64,000 nucleotides of DNA from Deltaproteobacteria bacterium. GTDB lineage: Bacteria > Myxococcota_A > Polyangia > Polyangiales > Houyiibacteriaceae. Made by a program: the position numbers and the translations under genes. Where the stretch lies: positions 43,593 through 107,592 of the forward strand of contig JAXMNT010000025.1 in NCBI GenBank assembly GCA_034670305.1, in the 5' to 3' direction. Below the pieces are notes generated by a model. It was not told where the DNA came from, did no database searches, and worked only from the letters and a program-made list of their open reading frames with translations. Below are positions 58,635 through 64,000 of this stretch, in pieces; position 1 is the stretch's first letter, and each line of letters opens with the position of its first letter.

Positions 58635-58916
58635 ATGATCAAGCCGGACGCCAAAAAGAACATCGACACCCGTCTCAAGCGCGTGTCGGGCCAGGTCGCA
58701 GGGATCCAGCGCATGGTCGACGACGAGCGCTACTGCGTGGACATCCTCATGCAGATCGCGGCGGTGCGTTCCGCCCTCGGCAAGGTCGGCCAGCTCCTGC
58801 TCGCTTCTCATGTCGACACCTGCGTGGCCGGCGCGCTGAAGGGCGACGACGCCAAGCAGCGTCAGGCCAAGATCGACGAGTTGCTCACGGTGTTCGAGAA
58901 GTACGGACTGCGGTGA
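58635..58916 (+). CDS. csoR: CsoR/RcnR-family metal-sensing repressor
   Basis: RLKRVSGQVAGIQRMVDDERYCVDILMQIAA...HVDTCV (C-H-C ligands). Confidence 0.93.
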   Translation: MIKPDAKKNIDTRLKRVSGQVAGIQRMVDDERYCVDILMQIAAVRSALGKVGQLLLASHVDTCVAGALKGDDAKQRQAKIDELLTVFEKYGLR

Positions 58917-58964
58917 CCGCACCGCTTCCATCCCCCGAGTTCGCACCGGTTCGCCAAGACCCGG

Positions 58965-59004
58965 CCTGTTCTCCGTTCCAAGACCCTGTTCTCCGTTCCA
59001 AGAC
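58965..59004 (+). repeat. Perfect 20-bp tandem duplication
   Basis: CCTGTTCTCCGTTCCAAGAC x2 in the csoR-copA gap. Confidence 0.9.
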
Positions 59005-59176
59005 CGGCCTCGACCGGAACCGTCGACTCCACCCACGCTGCGCCCAAGGCGCCCGTCGCGACGCACTGTGCACGTGCCCCGCCACGACCGCCGAACCCCA
59101 CTCCGCGTGACGACGTCCCTTCCGCCCGACGCCCCCACACCCCAACCAGGAGATGCACACACAACGAGGCAAGACC

Positions 59177-61734
<2,558 letters not shown>

Positions 61735-61735
<1 letters not shown>

Positions 61736-63723
61736 TGGAGCTGCATCCCGAAGTGCCGGCAGACCTGTCGCCCGAGCAGTGGTCAGGTTTGGGCATCCAC
61801 GCGTTCCGTTCGCTGATGCTCACCGTGCTCGTTGGGTTGCTCGCTGCGTGTGGCAGCTGCGAGGTCGAGGACATCGAGGCCCCCGTGGATCTCGAGCCCC
61901 AAGAAGAACCCCTCGGGGCGGCGGACTGGGAGGACCTGGATTCGCCCGCACCGCCGGACGCGCTGGGCGCCAACCTGCACGCGGCCGGCGACACCCTCTG
62001 GTTGAGCTGGATCGAGCCGATCGACGCCGAGGTCGAGACCCACGCGGTTCGAGTGAGCGCGTTGCGGCAAGGCACCTGGACCGAGCCGAGCGACGTCACC
62101 AGAGGCGAAGGAATGATCGCCAGCTGGGCGGACTTTCCGAGAACGCAGGTCGCGGGCGGTCACCTCTACGTGAACACCATGCACCGGGCGGGCGACTCGC
62201 CTTGGGCGTACGAGACCCGGCTCTGGCGTGCGTCACTTGCAGGACGGGGGAGTACGGTGGTGCGCGCGGTGCAGGGAGAAGGCGCCGGTGGGGCAGGGGC
62301 CCAGGCGCCGAGCGGCGTGGGATCGGGAAACCGGCTGCTCTCGTTCGACGCATTGGGTGTCGTGCACTCCGACGGCACCCCGACCGAACACGGGTTCGTC
62401 TCGATGGTGCCGGAGGGAGCGGGGATCCGCCTCTTCTGGCTCGACGGCCGCGCCGGTCCGACCGGCGGCTCAACCGCGGTCTACTCGACGACCGCGGACG
62501 CCGCGACGGCGGCGGGCGGCGTGCCCGAAGCCGAGCAGGTCGACCCGCGGGTGTGCGACTGCTGTCAGACGGCCGCGGCGGTCTCGGGCGACGGAGCACT
62601 GGTCGTCTACCGAGACCGAGACGACGCAGAGGTCCGCGACATCTCGATCGCGCGGCGGACCGAAGCTGGATTCCAAGCGCCGCACGCGGTGCATGAAGAC
62701 GCCTGGACCATCGCGGGATGTCCGGTGAACGGTCCCTCGATCGCGGCGGACGGAGACGACGTGTGGGTGACTTGGTTCACCGGCGCGGACGGAGGTTCGG
62801 TGCGGCTCGCGCGCAGCCGAGATGGAGGCGCCACGTTCACGGACCCCGTGACCATCGACGAGGCGCAGCCGCCGGGCCGCGTCTCGCTGACAGCGATTCA
62901 TGCGGACGGCGATACGACGGGGGTGCTCGTGGTGTGGATGGCGCGCGCGAACGGCGGAGAGATCCGTGCGCGTTTCGTCGGCAACGACGGCGTGCCCGCG
63001 GCGCCGACCCGGGTCGCTTCGAGCGGCACGGATCGCGACCATGGCTTCCCAGTCGTCGCGGAACACGAGGGACACGTCTACGTCGCGTACCGCACCGTGG
63101 AAGACGGGCTCGGCCGGATTCGGATCCGTCGCGTCTCGACCTCCGATCTCGGCGCGCTCGAACCGGCGGAGGACGGCGCACCTGTCGTCGCGCTCGAGGT
63201 GGGGGCCGACATCCCGGATGTGTCCCTTCGCGGGGCAGACGATGCATCCGCGAGCGTGCGGACGATGGCGTCGGAGAAGCCGACGGTCATGGCGTTCTAT
63301 GCCAGCTGGTGTCAGCCGTGCCGCGCCGAGCTCGGCGTGTTGGAGACGCTGCGTGCGGCGCATCCGGAGCTGCACGTCGTCGCGGTCAGTCTCGACGAAG
63401 GGCCCCACGCGCGGGCCGAAGCTGTGGCGCGCCGCTGGGGCTTCCTCGGCGACGTCTACCGCGACGAGGACGCGTCGTCGGCCTTCGGAGTGCCGCCGCT
63501 CCCGGGCACGTTCGTCTTCGCGGACGGCAAGGTGACCTACGCGGCGACCGGCGGGTTCGAACGCGACGCGCTCTGGCGCGCGGTGGGGGTCGATCCCCCG
63601 GCTGGGGTCGAGTCCTCCATACGGGCTTCGCCCATGCGCGCTTCTTCCATGCGAGCCGCCCCGCCGGAGTCCGAAGGGATGGCTGCCGGCCACGGCCACG
63701 ATCACGCCGGCCACAGTCACTGA
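61735..63723 (+). CDS. Lipoprotein: BNR/sialidase-like propeller fused to TlpA/thioredoxin domain and His-rich tail
   Basis: LAA-C lipobox, SWADFP, TEHGFVS, VCDCCQT, GCPVNGP, SRDGGATF Asp-box, FYASWCQPC, GHGHDHAGHSH; start overlaps the copA stop. Confidence 0.8.
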
Positions 63724-63736
63724 GTCGCCCCGAGGG

Positions 63737-63874
63737 GCGGAACCGGTCGCGGAGGCGGTCGCGGTCGCGGAAGCGGAAGCGGAGGCGGTCGCGGTCGCGG
63801 AAGCGGAAGCGGAAGCGGAAGCGGAAGCGGAAGCGGAAGCGGAAGCGGAAGCGGAAGCGGAAGCGGAAGCGGAG
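63737..63874 (+). repeat. Hexamer array GCGGAA/GCGGTC/GCGGAG, locus D
   Basis: Direct reading, immediately after stop 63723. Confidence 0.95.
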
Positions 63875-63943
63875 TACGTCCTCTCCCCATCCCGTGGTGA
63901 CGCGAGCGCCTAGCGATGGCCATCTCGGCGGCCGGAGGCCGAT

Positions 63944-64000
63944 ATGGACACTCAAGATCTACGTGACGAGGTGGCGCGTGCAGGGACCGACGAAGGACGG
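63944..64000 (+). CDS. Possible gene start, truncated by window edge (MDTQDLRDEVARAG...)
   Basis: GGAGG then ATG; only 19 codons visible. Confidence 0.3.
   Translation, partial: MDTQDLRDEVARAGTDEGR

Overview
High-GC bacterial chromosomal window. The gene inventory points to a myxobacterium, probably Polyangiales/Sandaracinaceae-like (inference): Cys-rich and vWA lipoproteins, TPR + AgmX/TonB-C proteins, an OmpA-TSP3 protein and a split atpZIBE operon. Most of the window is housekeeping or metabolic (phosphosugar mutase, kbl-tdh, pruA, tsaA, glgP, Fo ATP synthase genes, ccmE). It also holds a CsoR-regulated copper island (55.4-63.7 kb), a pair of giant DUF3857/transglutaminase-TPR genes, and a divergent sterol-desaturase / TetR / DUF3556-like module with a perfect operator palindrome. 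The most unusual signal is non-coding: a family of composite intergenic elements at about 21.6-22.0, 33.4-34.8 and 43.5-44.2 kb, with related arrays at 58.2 and 63.7 kb. They are built from same-strand degenerate hexamer and 12-mer arrays plus two conserved unique motifs. One motif is conserved without gaps between loci; the other folds into a branched stem-loop with minus-strand GAA-triloop hairpins. The largest copy carries a four-helix-bundle (IVS/Avd-like) gene; the other two are gene-less, and all three lie between convergent genes. No transposase, integrase, reverse transcriptase, CRISPR array, rRNA or tRNA was recognised. Family names come from my recollection of motifs, not from database searches.
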